Shown piece after piece: positions 34,201 to 45,150 of a DNA stretch of 64,000 bases. Under the pieces are notes generated by a model. It was not told where the DNA came from. It did no database searches and worked only from the letters and a program-made list of their open reading frames with translations. Made by a program: the position numbers and the translations under genes. The stretch spans positions 62,001 through 126,000 of the forward strand of contig JAMWBK010000008.1 of assembly GCA_029953675.1 (NCBI GenBank). The letters are read 5' to 3'. The DNA comes from Rhodosorus marinus CCMP1338 (lineage: Eukaryota > Plantae > Rhodophyta). Position 1 is the first letter of the stretch, and each line of letters opens with the position of its first letter.

Positions 34201-35191
34201 GGTCCCCCTCCCCGGAATTGGATTCCCCATTGAAGTATGCAGCCGCCGCCTCATTGCTAAGCCCGTTCTCTTCCTCGCCTCCGATAACAACGCTCGAGTA
34301 GATATGTACGGTGCCTGCCAGCCCACCAGCTCCTCCAGTTCCTCCATGTCCCGCCTGGCCGCCCGGCTGCGGGTAACCCGGCTGATAGTACAGACATGGC
34401 TTCTTATCGCCGTTCATGGTACCCGTTGGACACTCGTTACACCAAGAATCCTTGCACTTCCCACCCACCCAGCTGTTCTTCTTGCCACACGCCATTCCAT
34501 CGATAGGCATCTGCGCGTTACCTCCGTCTCCACCATATCCACCGGTACCACCGTCGCTTCCATCAGTTCTTATGGTCATGGTATATCCTCCCTCGACTAG
34601 GCTCTCGATGTTCACGTACTTTGCGACCATGGTAAAGCTTCCCCCCTGGTTGCCCTGGCTGCCGGTGGCTCCCCAACTTCCCATGGTACCCATGTCACCA
34701 CCCCGAAACGTATTGGGGTCTTTCGTCCTCTGCATCGGATCGAGGGTCTCGGGTGTGGCTGGTGCGCTTGGAGGAGGGATCGTGACCTCCGTTGCCTTCA
34801 GGTTGATCTCAAAATCTCCATCGCTCTGGATCTCAATGATATTCGCCACAATCGTCACGTTCGTACCCCGCATTGCAGCAGCTGCCCCAGCCGCGCCCTT
34901 GATTAGAACGTAGTACGCGTGTAATAGGATATCCTGCTCAGTTCCAAACAATTCTGTCGTGTCCGTCGTATCCGCGGTGAAGTCCATCACGTAGAAGAAC
35001 GGTGCATAGATTGCAAACGTTCCGTTCTCAACACCATCCACGTAACCAGAACTCACATCCTGAACCATCAAACAAGTCGTATTAGAGAATCCCCATCCAT
35101 CACACACGCTCTCAGCATCAGCTCTCACTCCTCCGACGCAGAGAAATATTGCTAGGGTTATACACCCAATCACCGTAAAAGTTCGATTCAT
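31269..35191 (-). CDS. Host gene: ~1307-aa secreted protein (signal peptide, Gly-rich region, long coiled coil with a hydrophobic hairpin, TcA-C-terminal-like domain, PT linker); one 1-nt indel at 34204-34208
   Basis: Signal-like MNRTFTVIGCITLAIFLCVGGVRA; restoring one G in the G5 run fuses ORFs 34172-35275 and 31269-34157 through GEGGPGGEPGNPGLGGQLTVNC; no introns apparent; the functional call is inference. Confidence 0.75.
31703..31768 (-). repeat. Pro-Thr linker repeat (TPTPTPTPTATPTQTPTPTPT)
   Basis: Read directly from the translation of ORF 31269-34157. Confidence 0.9.
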
Positions 35192-35452
35192 CTTGGTTGA
35201 ACGAGGAAAGACGGCCAGGGCGTTCCCAGATCCAAAAGCGAACCAGAACCCACAGATTCCAGAAGTCCGAAGCACTCAATTATCAGCGAATTATCGTAGA
35301 CGGACGCTTGCAAATCGCAACAAGTAACCTTTTCATTGCTCGCTCTGACTTGTTCCCTCCAAACCTCCAGCTACTTTTTGCTTGACCTATATAGGTCTTC
35401 AACTACCTCGTTGAGCTAACCGAGGTGTTTTGGTGGTGGTTGTGCTAGCTAT

Positions 35453-35495
35453 GCTAGTAAAGCCCAGTAAAGTCCAGTAAAGTCCAGTAAAGCCC
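35453..35495 (+). mobile_element. Tail-only family B insertion (four 10-mer units)
   Basis: gct plus four agtaaag(c/t)cc units, flanked by agctat at 35447-35452 and 35496-35501. Confidence 0.8.
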
Positions 35496-35703
35496 AGCTA
35501 TCCAAGGACTAAAGACCATCCAAGGAGTCGACCACCACATCATTTGGAACCTTTCTGATTCCAAAATCCGCTTATCGCGAGAAATGAGCAACGCAGGCTG
35601 AGTGCCATGATGATGTGAAGGGCGGAACATACTCTCAAATTCTCAACTAAGATTCTGCGATACGTAGTGCGCACCACCCAGAAGCCTTCCCCAGATAGTT
35701 GTG

Positions 35704-36753
35704 ATAGAAATGAATAATTTCTTTCAGAAAAATTAAATAAACCCTGTTTGGAAAAACGATTAAGCGCCGCGACAGTCAGGCGCAATCAAACTAGGAAATA
35801 TTTTGTTCCGGCATTATGAATGAATAGAACGCGGTTGCCTGGAAAACTTGCGCTCATGTCTCCTCTCAGAAAGAGAGGCTATGGAGCTTCTCTGGCAAAA
35901 CTAGTAAATCGCATTTGTTGGAAAATTCTATACGAAATTTCCTGACACCAGACAGAACGCCCATATTACAACGAATGAACGAATGGTTTAATCGGAGGCT
36001 GAAACAAAACCCCGAGGGAAAAAAAGACTAAGTGCGGCGAAGAGCTCGCGCCTCCAACATCAAAGCGGCATTCATGCGCCACAGTAGGAAACTCAAGCGG
36101 GTAAACAACGATTGAAGACGGTCAGGGCGTTCGCGGAACAACTCCCGAAGCCAGCGAGAGCCAACGGAGTCCATGAACCCAAAGCACTCAATGATCAGGG
36201 GTACCAAGCGATGTGCTAGTGCCGAAGCACGAACACCAGGGGAAGACAAAGCCCCCGCGTATTTGATCTCTTTGCGACGTCTCATACTGGCGGCGGCAGA
36301 TCCACGGCGCTCCCCCGCAGCCGGGAGATAACGACTAGCTTGAGGATTAGGAACAGCAAGATCAACGTATGTGGTACGGCGACTGTCGTCACAGGTGATC
36401 ACCAGGTCTACACGGCGTTCATCATTTTGAAAGTCCGCGACGGGTAAAGGTTTCTCACGTTCGATTTCCAGACCGGCTTGCCGGACTATAGGCTGTATTA
36501 CAATAATGCATCATATTGAGCGCCGTGGTTTTGGCGCTGCCAGTGTGCGTCAACACATGAAGGTGACGTTAGTCTGTAGACGGGGTCCGGGCGCTCACGC
36601 CCGGACCCCGTCTACAATATTTGTTTTCTCGCTTGAGTTTCTTGCTGTGGCGTGTGAACGCTGCATTGGTTTTGGAGGCCCGCGACCTTCGAGGTGCTTA
36701 GTCTTTTTCCCTCGGGGGTTTTTCCTTTAGCCTCCGAATAAAACATTCATTCA
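35704..36753 (+). mobile_element. ~520-bp non-coding composite unit (AT-rich head plus deleted A-like 3' end and TTCA tail), copy 1, interrupted by A4
   Basis: Inverted second copy at 38143-38645; 3' part reads LFSRLSFLLWRVNAALVLEARDLRGA*, followed by cctccgaataaaacattcattca. Confidence 0.7.
35971..36495 (-). mobile_element. 5'-truncated family A copy A4
   Basis: TSD tattacaa (35963-35970, 36496-36503); ORF 36028-36402. Confidence 0.9.
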
Positions 36754-37435
36754 ACAGAATGATGTTCCATCCGGAATCCTCACCTTCAAGCGGGACATAA
36801 AGAATCGCAACAGAATATTGAATCGGGTATAGCCAAGACGTCAGCGCCGCTAATTTATGCCCACCGGGAACCCCGTAGAGTCAGTCCAACCTGCACCCCC
36901 AAAGCGATTCCCTTCATTTGTAACTGAATTCATTAAAAACAAAAACCATCCCAATATAGAAATAATTGGTCAAGAAAATTGACCAATTATTTCTCAGTTC
37001 GTTCCTGAAGTCGAGTGTCTATTGGGTCACTCTGCATCGCTCTCCGAATGGACTCATGCGTTCATATCGCATATTTAAATATCAATTCTATATTGAACGA
37101 ATTGAGCAAAGTGCTGAGTGAATGCCTCAACAATTGTTTTCAATTCGAGACTCGAAGAAAAAACCGGAAAGGGAAAAAAGCTATGATTGGTGAACATTGT
37201 GGATCCAATTTCAACGCGGCGTCCACCATTCGTTCGTTCATCCAGCACAGTCGGGGGTGAGTAGCTAGCAGTTGCATGGTTGTGGCTCTCCTTTCCCTCT
37301 GCCAGCACGCCCACTCTGGGGTTGCTAGTTTTCAAACAGAATCCGGCACAGCGGGGAACTTTGATTTGAAAGATTTAATTGGAGTCTAAAGAAAAAGAGC
37401 TTTGATTTTGGGTTTGTAGAGCTAGCAGTAAGAAG

Positions 37436-37601
37436 GTGACACGTTCTATATTAACGCGTGTTGGTGATCCAAAATAGCTCAAACTCCCTTTTATACTACT
37501 ATTATTAGCCCCGTCCGTACGATATCTTGTCCACTGGGCGCATCATAGACGTACACTATATTTTGTGTGTGGTACTCATGGCGGTTATTTTTTTAGCTCA
37601 C
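37436..37601 (-). mobile_element. Distal part of the 3' LTR of Gypsy-2 (insertion target of Gypsy-1)
   Basis: Continues 45032-45073 across the shared 5-bp gtgag; has a TATAAAA box; ends ..acgtgtcac against the start tgtgac.. Confidence 0.55.
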
Positions 37602-37827
37602 TGTTAGAACTCTTCTAACCAACTTGTCTTTACTCCATTCTAGGTCTCAAGATCTAGCAACGCTAGGTCTTTTATAGTCTTGGTTACTGTAAACTAAGAC
37701 GTACCTAACAGTAAAGTAGAAACTGTTGGATACTAGCACACTAGCGTCTTACCCCAAAGTAGGGATCTTACACTAAAGTAGGGAGTGTCTTACACAGATT
37801 ACACAGCTGTCAGGGCAAGTTCTAACA
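37602..37827 (-). repeat. Gypsy-1 3' LTR (226 bp, TGTTAGAAC...GTTCTAACA)
   Basis: 9-bp terminal inverted repeat; polypurine tract GGCGGGAGGAA (37828-37838) abuts it; partial copies at 43448-43580, 45074-45150 and 49351-49789. Confidence 0.92.
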
Positions 37828-38142
37828 TTCCTCCCGCCGAGTTTGGGGACAAACTCAAGAAGTTGAAGGTAGCGCGTCAAGCGCCTTGCGATAATTGAGG
37901 TAGTGTCGTAAGCGTCGTCGAGATTGTAGATCGGTGGGGTAGTCCGGCTCGGGTATCCAAATCGCATCAGTCCAGGATTCCTTTTCGTGATAACATAGGA
38001 ACTGTCGGATACCGGTAGCCGCATGGCGGACCCCCAATACCGACAGGATCGGTAACGTTGAATAGAGATCCGATTGGAGAGGGATACTCCGTATCGGAGA
38101 ATTCGGAGGACACGTAGGGGCACCTTTTAGCAAGGAAATGTG

Positions 38143-38645
38143 AACCCCCGAGGGAAAAAGACTAAGCACCTCGAAGGTCGCGGGCCTCCAAAAACAATGC
38201 AGCGTTTACACGCCACAGCAAGAAACTCAAGCGAGAAAACAAATATTGTAGACGGTCCGGGCGCGAGCGCCCGGACCCCAGACTAACATCACCATTCATT
38301 CATTCAGACTAACATCACCTCCATGTGTTGACGCACACTGGCAGCGCCAAAACCACGGCGCTCAACATGATGCATTATTGTAATATGGGCGTTCTGTCTG
38401 GTGTCAGGAAATTTCGTATAGAATTTTCCAACAAATGCGATTTACTAGTTTTGCCAGAGAAGCTCCATAGCTTCTCTTTCTGAGAGGAGACATGAGCGCA
38501 AGTTTTCCAGGCAACCGCGTTCTATTCATTCATAATGCCGGAACAAAATATTTCCTAGTTTGATTGCGCCTGACTGTCGCGGCGCTTAATCGTTTTTCCA
38601 AACAGGGTTTATTTAATTTTTCTGAAAGAAATTATTCATTTCTAT
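38143..38645 (-). mobile_element. Composite unit copy 2, inserted in the Gypsy-1 integrase
   Basis: Splits ..VAYTLQLP | VHISLLK..; reverse complement of 35704-35970 plus 36496-36720. Confidence 0.75.
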
Positions 38646-41600
38646 GGTAACTGCAGAGTGTATGCCACGTCAGAGTGTTTCTCGATCACGGGAAACAGGC
38701 CCAACCATCCATCGAGGTTGGAAGCGGGTTGGGCCCTCCAGTGAGAGATTCCGCGTTGACAACGTTGTCTCCGATATTGAAGATTTTGGCATGACGTCGT
38801 GAATTTGCTTGTTCCGTGTATAACTCCTGCGCCACGGCCATAGATTTCCGTGCGTCAGCGAGGATTCGTTTTTGACGTTGCGAAAAGGCAGTAGCAGCAT
38901 CGGCCAGATTATGAATCGTAGTAGTAGGGGTTGAGGTGTCCAAATTGAGCCGCGGGTGCCCTCCTGTTAACAAGAAATATGGTGAATACCCGGTACTCGC
39001 TGAAGTATGATTATTATACGCCAGTTGAAGCATGGGTAAACTCTGTACCCAAGTGTGGCTCGTACAACAGCATCTCAGCATAATCTGGAGGGTCTGATTG
39101 ACGCGCTCTGTTTGCCCATCGGTTTCAGGGTGATATGCCGTCGACAGTAGGTGGTCAATCCCCATTATTCGCATTAGGTGGCGCCAGAATGTGGCGGTAA
39201 AGACCTTATCACGATCAGTGACGAAACTTCGTGGTAGTCCGAACCACGTGATAATATTCTTCACGATTAGCGCTGCCACCTCTTCTGCAGTCACCGTCTT
39301 CGTTGTGGGAATGAACACGGCATACTTCGTAAGCTGGCCAACGACCACCAGAATGGCATCATATCCCTCGACGTTGGGAAATGCAGCGATGAAATCCATC
39401 GACCAATCAGAGGCCCGCTGTTCCGGTATCGGGAGGGGTTGTAGTTCCCCTTGATGCCGACGCAGCGGTTGTTCTCGTGCACAAACCGAGCATTGTTGGA
39501 CCCGTGTGAAAATGTCCTTCCTCATGGTAGGCCAGTAAAAGCGTCGTCGCACCACACGACAAGTAGCTTGTGCGCCGAAATGGCCTGCCGTTAGAGACTG
39601 GTGGTGCCCATCGATTACCTGATTAACACGGCGTCCGGGTACGCAAAGTCGTGCATGGAGGAATAATAGACCCTTTTTTCGTTGGAAACCCTCAAACTGG
39701 TCCGGGCTGCGAAATTGCGTGCAGAATCCTGGATCGGCTTGGTACTCTGGAGTCCAATCGGCTTCCATCGTGACGCGGGTGGCTCGTGGTGCGTCGCGAC
39801 TCAGTGCATCCGCGACGTTTATCTTGCCGCGTACGTATTGAACCTCAAAGGAGTAGGGTAGTAATATGTTCACGTACCGCGCCTGCCGAAGAGTTAATGT
39901 CGTCTGTGTTTGCAAGAAGCGTAGCGGGTTATGGTCCGTACGCACAGCGAACTGTTGCCCATCAAGATACACGGACCACCTGCGGATGGCCAGGACGATG
40001 GCGTAGAGTTCTTTCTCGTACGTACTGTAGCGTTTCTCGGTACTATTGAAGGATCGGGACATATACGCCACGGGCACCTTCTGATCCTGGCGGGTTTGGA
40101 ATAGGCTAGCACCCACCCCGGTGTCGCTTGCGTCCGTCTGCACGATGAAGGGGAGGATCGGATCAACCATGTACAGCATGGTGGTTGCTGATATGGGGGA
40201 CTTTAACCCATCAAAGGCTTATTGTTCGTCCGCGTGCCAACCCCACTTCTGGTCTTTCTTCGTTAGCCTGTGGAGGGGCGCCGCCACCTGGGCGAAGTGT
40301 GGTACAAATGGGCGCAAGAAGTTCGCGAAACCCATGAAGGCCCGTAGCTCCTTAACCGTCGTTGGCGTCTTCCAATTCTGAACTGCTTTGAACTTTTCCG
40401 GATCGGGACGTCGAGTGCCCCCCGCCAAGATTTGGCCTAGGTAGCAAACTTGGCGTAATCCAAAACCGCACTTCGAATATTTGACGATCAGCTGATGCTG
40501 CTCGAGGCGTCGTAGCACCTTTCGAACATCGTCCTGGTGTTGTATGTCATCTGGGGAATATACCAGAGTGTCGTCAACGTATAACACCACGCATTGGTTG
40601 AGAAGATCATATAATACATCCGTCAAGTAGCGGATGAATGCCGACGGCGCATTCTTCAACCCAAACGGCATGACATTCCACTGGTATTGTCCGAAGCACG
40701 TGACAAAGGCCGTCTTCTCGCGTGATGCTGTTCAATTGGCAACTGCCAATATCCCGAGCGAAGGTCTAACGTTGTGAAAACCCGAGCGCTGCTCAGGGTA
40801 TCCAATAGTTCCTCTACTCTAGGCGGGGTCGTTCTTTCTCGCACGGTGATCTGGTTCAACCGGCGATAGTCGATGCAGAGGCGTCGCCCACCGTCTTTTT
40901 TCTCCACGTACAACACAGGTGCAGCATACGGACTTCTGCTCCGTGAGATAAATCCTTGCTCTTCCAAGTCGTGCAACTGCCCTTGTAGCCGCTCTCGGTC
41001 GACCCGTGACATCGAATATGCGCGTTGAGCGGGTGTACTCGCCCCTGGTTCCAATTCGATTTTGAGTGCATATCGTTGCCGGTTCTTCGGTGGCAACGGC
41101 AATGTATCTTGGAAAACTTGGGGAAACTCTTTCCGGATGACCGCGCCAAACCTCTTTCCTGGTCTGCAACCTGGTCCTTTCCGCCTTTCTCTAGGCCTTT
41201 CTCTTCCCGGATGACCGCGCCAGACCTCTCCCCTATTTCTTCCTCAGTTTCCATACTTGTTATCCCACGCATGCTGGTGCCTTCCGCTCCCAGTACCAGC
41301 TGTGGGGGCTCCGCGCTACAATCGATAGTTATTCGATGTTGCCTCAAGAAATCGAGACCTAAGTATACATCGTGGCTTAGATGCTTGAATATTCGCAGCT
41401 TCGTCTTGAATTGTCGTCCCTGGAGTGTGATCGTTGTCTCCGTCACTCCGGGGCTGATCACGGTCTCCTCACCGACAGCCAACCCGTATGTCTGTGGCTC
41501 GTCGTACCTCGGTAGGTTTGCGGCTTTCGCAACGTCCTCTCTAATTGCCGTCACCGCACCGGTGTCGATGAGACATTCCACCGGTTCCGCCGCCACCACG

Positions 41601-42060
41601 CCTATTGCAGTTAGACTTGCATTACCCCGTTGGTGTAACCCAACGGTTGGGATGCTGGTCGTTGGACTCTCGGACGGCATCCCTCGTCCGGAGTCCGTCA
41701 GTTTTCCTCCTGCAGGCTCGACAAGCGTGCCACCTCCGCCAGCAAATACGCCAGTCGTTGGGGGCAGTCTCGTTTAAAGTGTCCTATCTCTCGACACTGG
41801 TAGCAGGTTGGCGGTGACCCCATGCTGCGCGTCTTGGGGCCGGCGGGGCCGGACCGAAGAGGACGCCGAAGCTGTGGGTGTTCTTTGCGGAGTAGTCTGC
41901 GGTGTCGGTGTTGTTGGCATGCCATGTGTTCTAGCCAGGCTCAGAGCTACCTCCTTGGCTTCGGTATAGCTCTGGGGTCGGCTATAGTAGACAAAGTCCC
42001 GCTCGCGGCCAGTCAAGCCTGCCTTAAAACGCTCAAGCTTTTCAGAGTCGCTGATAAACT

Positions 42061-42969
42061 GGACTTTACGAGCATAGCCTGAAGCGCTACGCAAGGCGTG
42101 AAGATGAACTAATAACTAGGGAGGGAAGCATGCAACCCCAGGCGCCGATGGCGCGCCTCGGAAAGCATGTCGCTGGAATATCGCCAAAGGGAGACACTTA
42201 AACGCCTCAAGAGCGCCAAATATTCAGTAGGATGCTCAGCAAAGCATTTCCGCAACCACTCTAAACCCGACTTATCGACGTGACCAAAGCTTTCCACAAT
42301 GAGTGGCTGGAACCGGTGAGAGCGACCCTCAGCGCAAGGCAGACTGGCCATGCTCTCAGCATACCGTCGTTCCTTAACTCTTCGAAGGGCTGAAGCCGGG
42401 CCCCCCCGGCGGCGGGCGGCTGCGGTGAGGTGGGCGCTGGCCACGGGGCAGGTAATCGCAAGGTCCACATATTTTGAGCGTCTGGCAGCAGCGTCGGAGA
42501 CGAGGAGATCGGCTATACAACTGGCCCCAGGTGAGGTTATACAACGGGGCGGTGCAGAGTCCGAGATGGATCTGGGCAGTTCCGACTCAACCTCAACCGT
42601 ATGCCCTATCCGAGTCAAAAATTCGCTGAGGATGTACTTGAGGCGAGTGTGACGCCTCGTACGGAGACCTCGCAACAGTCCGCAGGAACCCAGGAAGTGG
42701 TAGCCACAAGCGTCAATCCGGCTCTCACATCCCTAACAGAAAGACGGCCGATTAGAGTGCCACGGAGCCTGTGGCAAACCGAGATAGATCCGTGCGGCAG
42801 AACGGAACTGGAAAGCATCGAGACGATGACTCAATGACGACAGTAGAGTGGTTAACCACAAGTGCGAGAGGTGGCCTCCCATGCCGCGGAGACGAGCGGC
42901 AGTGGTAGGCGGCGTGAGAGGAGAATTGAGCATGACTGTGTGAGCGGCACTGTGTTGGCCCCAGGTGAG
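42061..42969 (-). mobile_element. Family B copy B5 inserted in Gypsy-1 gag
   Basis: 11-bp TSD gctgataaact (42050-42060, 42970-42980); gag reads QLGEF|ISDSEKL across the insertion. Confidence 0.92.
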
Positions 42970-43438
42970 GCTGATAAACTCGCCCAACTGCATGAAAAGT
43001 TCATCGAGATAGTCCACATAACGGGTGACATCAGGGCCGCGTTGTCGAGCGCTACGCAGTTTGGCCCGGACTCGCTCGATATGGTCGTGAGGTTCGAACT
43101 GTCCTCGCAGGGTCTGTTCGAAATCTTCGAGAGACTCCAGTGCCTCCGGGAGGCCATCCGCCGCCTGCCGAAGACCCTGGTACCATACCTGGGCCTGGGC
43201 ATTCAAAAACAGTCCAGCGTACTGGACTGACTGGCGGCCGGAGTCTGTACCTGATGGAAGTTCAGGTAGCCACGCAGTGAGGCCATGAACGTCTGAAGCC
43301 TGACGAAATCCCGCTTGCCGTCGTAAGCCTCGGGCGGGGGTATAGTAAACGTAGTCATTTGAAGTTGGCTACTCGAGTCCTCCTGCTTCCGAGAGATCGC
43401 CCCTCCCTCCGTTCGTATCCTCTTAAACCTTTGGGCGA

Positions 43439-43447
43439 TGAGACCAC
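43439..43447 (-). promoter_or_regulatory. Gypsy-1 primer-binding position (GT-GGTCTCA), possibly self-priming
   Basis: Lies immediately inside the 5' LTR end; complementary to TGAGACC located 27 nt downstream of the LTR TATA box. Confidence 0.45.
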
Positions 43448-43580
43448 TGTTAGAACTCTTCTAACCAACTTGTCTTTACTCCATTCTAGGTCTCAAGATC
43501 TAGCAACGCTAGGTCTTATATAGTCTTGGTTACTGTAAACTAAGACGTACCTGACAGTAAAGTAGAAACTGTTGGATACT

Positions 43581-44699
43581 GGACTGGACTTTACTAGCAT
43601 AGCCTGAAGCGCTACGCAAGGCGTGAAGATGAACTAATAACTAGGGAGGGAAGCATGCAACCCCAGGCGCCGATGGCGCGCCTCGGAAAGCATGTCGCTG
43701 GAATATCGCCAAAGGGAGACACGTAAACGCCTCAAGAGCGCCAAATATTCAGTAGGATGCTCAGCAAAACATTTCCGCAACCACTCTAAACCCGACTTAT
43801 CGACGTGACCAAAGCTTTCCACAATGAATGGCTGGAACCGGTGAGAGCGACCCTCAGCGCAAGGCAGACTGGCCATGCTCTCAGCATACCGTCGTTCCTT
43901 AACTCTTCGAAGGGCTGAAGCCGCGGCCCCCCGGCGGCGGGCGGCTGCGGTGAGGTGGGCGCTGGCCACGGGGCAGGTAATCGCAAGGTCCACATATGTT
44001 GAGCGTCTGGCAGCAGCGTCGGAGACGAGGAGATCGGCTATACAACGGGGCGGTGCAGAGTCCGAGATGGATCTGGGCAGTTCCGACTCAACCTCAACCG
44101 TATGCCCTATCCGAGTCAAAGATTCGCTGAGGATGTACTTGAGGCGAGTGTGACGCCTCGTACGGAGACCTCGCAACAGTCCGCAGGAACCCAGGAAGTG
44201 GTAGCCACAAGCGTCAATCCGGCTCTCACATCCCTGACAGAAAGACGGCCGATTAGAGTGCCACGGAGCCTGTGGCAAACCGAGATAGATCCGTGCGGCA
44301 GAACGGAACTGGAAAGCATCGAGACGATGACTCAATGACGACGGTAGAGTGGTTAACCACAAGTGCGAGAGGTGGCCTCCCATGCCGCGGAGACGAATGG
44401 ACTTTACTAGCATAGCCTGAAGCGCTACGCAAGGCGTGAAGATGAACTAATAACTAGGGAGGGAAGCATGCAACCCCAGGCGCCGATGGCGCGCCTCGGA
44501 AAGCATGTCCCTGGAATATCGCCAAAGGGAGACACTTAAACGCCTCAAGAGCGCCAAATATTCAGTAGGATGCTCAGCAAAGCATTTCCGCAACCACTCT
44601 AAACCCGACTTATCGACGTGACCAAAGCTTTCCACAATGAGTGGCTGGAACCGGTGAGAGCGACCCTCAGCGCAAGGCAGACTGGCCATGCTCTCAGCA
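43581..44699 (-). mobile_element. Two tandem 5'-truncated family B copies (B6 43581-44395, B7 44398-44699)
   Basis: ORFs 43634-44413 and 44447-44731; each has an agtaaagtcc tail. Confidence 0.9.
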
Positions 44700-45073
44700 C
44701 GGGAGATTCTCAGGTGCATGATGTTTTTCATATATCACTATTACGAAAGTTCAATGGACCTGAACCTGAAGGCTCGCGCGTAGTTCCTGTACTACAACCA
44801 GTAGTACCACAACGGGAAGTGAAGTCTGTATTGGGACATCGTCAAGATGAAAAGGGCCTGAATGAATACTTCGTTTACTTTGAAGGCGAAACAACGGACG
44901 ATTTGAGATGGTTACCCTACCATCAACTACCGCAGAACCAGAATACCAAGAAACAAATTCGGTATTATACAAACCTCCACAAGGCAGCTTCTTCTTCCAC
45001 CGGATAGTTCTTTCTTGCAGTGGGGAGGAGTTGTGACGTCCTGACATGACATCTGGCTAAACATATTGGTGAG
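44700..45073 (+). mobile_element. Gypsy-2 3' end: integrase C-terminus, chromodomain, PPT and LTR start
   Basis: VHDVFHISLLRK..VKSVLGHRQDEKGLNEYFVYFEGETTDDLRWLPY; PPT gtggggaggag (45020-45030); TGTGAC at 45032. Confidence 0.85.
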
Positions 45074-45150
45074 TGTTAGAACTTGCCCTGACAGCTGTGT
45101 AATCTGTGTAAAACACTCCCTACTTTAGTGTAAGATCCCTACTTTAGTGT
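45074..45150 (+). repeat. Outer part of the Gypsy-1 5' LTR, inverted relative to the element
   Basis: Preceded by gtgag, which matches the TSD ctcac at 37597-37601. Confidence 0.8.

Larger units (their letters stand above)
37602..43580 (-). mobile_element. Decayed chromodomain Ty3/Gypsy LTR retrotransposon (Gypsy-1)
   Basis: Gag from ATG 43358 (PEAYDGKRDF..AQVWY, CYQCREIGHFKRDC), protease LIDTGA, RT YVDD, RNase H QTDAS, integrase HxxxxAGH..CSVC..WSMDF..TDRD..DGQTERVN, chromodomain in 37855-38169; many frameshifts. Confidence 0.95.

Noticed and set aside
3630-34208. Programmed frameshifting at the many homopolymer breaks (A1, C, E1, toxin-like gene)
   Set aside because: These are mostly single-base losses in G/C/A runs with no consistent slippery-site context. 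Sequencing error or decay is more likely, and reads are needed to decide.
35384-35397. 14-bp palindrome gacctatataggtc as the TATA box of the toxin-like gene
   Set aside because: It lies ~190 bp upstream of the ATG and is plausible, but cannot be supported without transcript start data.
27206-35501. 3' transduction of the toxin-like gene by B4, since B tails lie on both sides
   Set aside because: The right-hand tail has its own local TSD (agctat), so it is better explained as an independent tail-only insertion.
35704-38645. DNA transposon or MITE with long terminal inverted repeats
   Set aside because: The right copy is inserted inside a Gypsy integrase, the interior contains LTRs, and there is no transposase or shared TSD.
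41698-41710. GGAAAAC as the Gypsy-1 gag-pol -1 slip site
   Set aside because: It is plausible by position but is not a canonical XXXYYYZ heptamer, and the element has many decay frameshifts.
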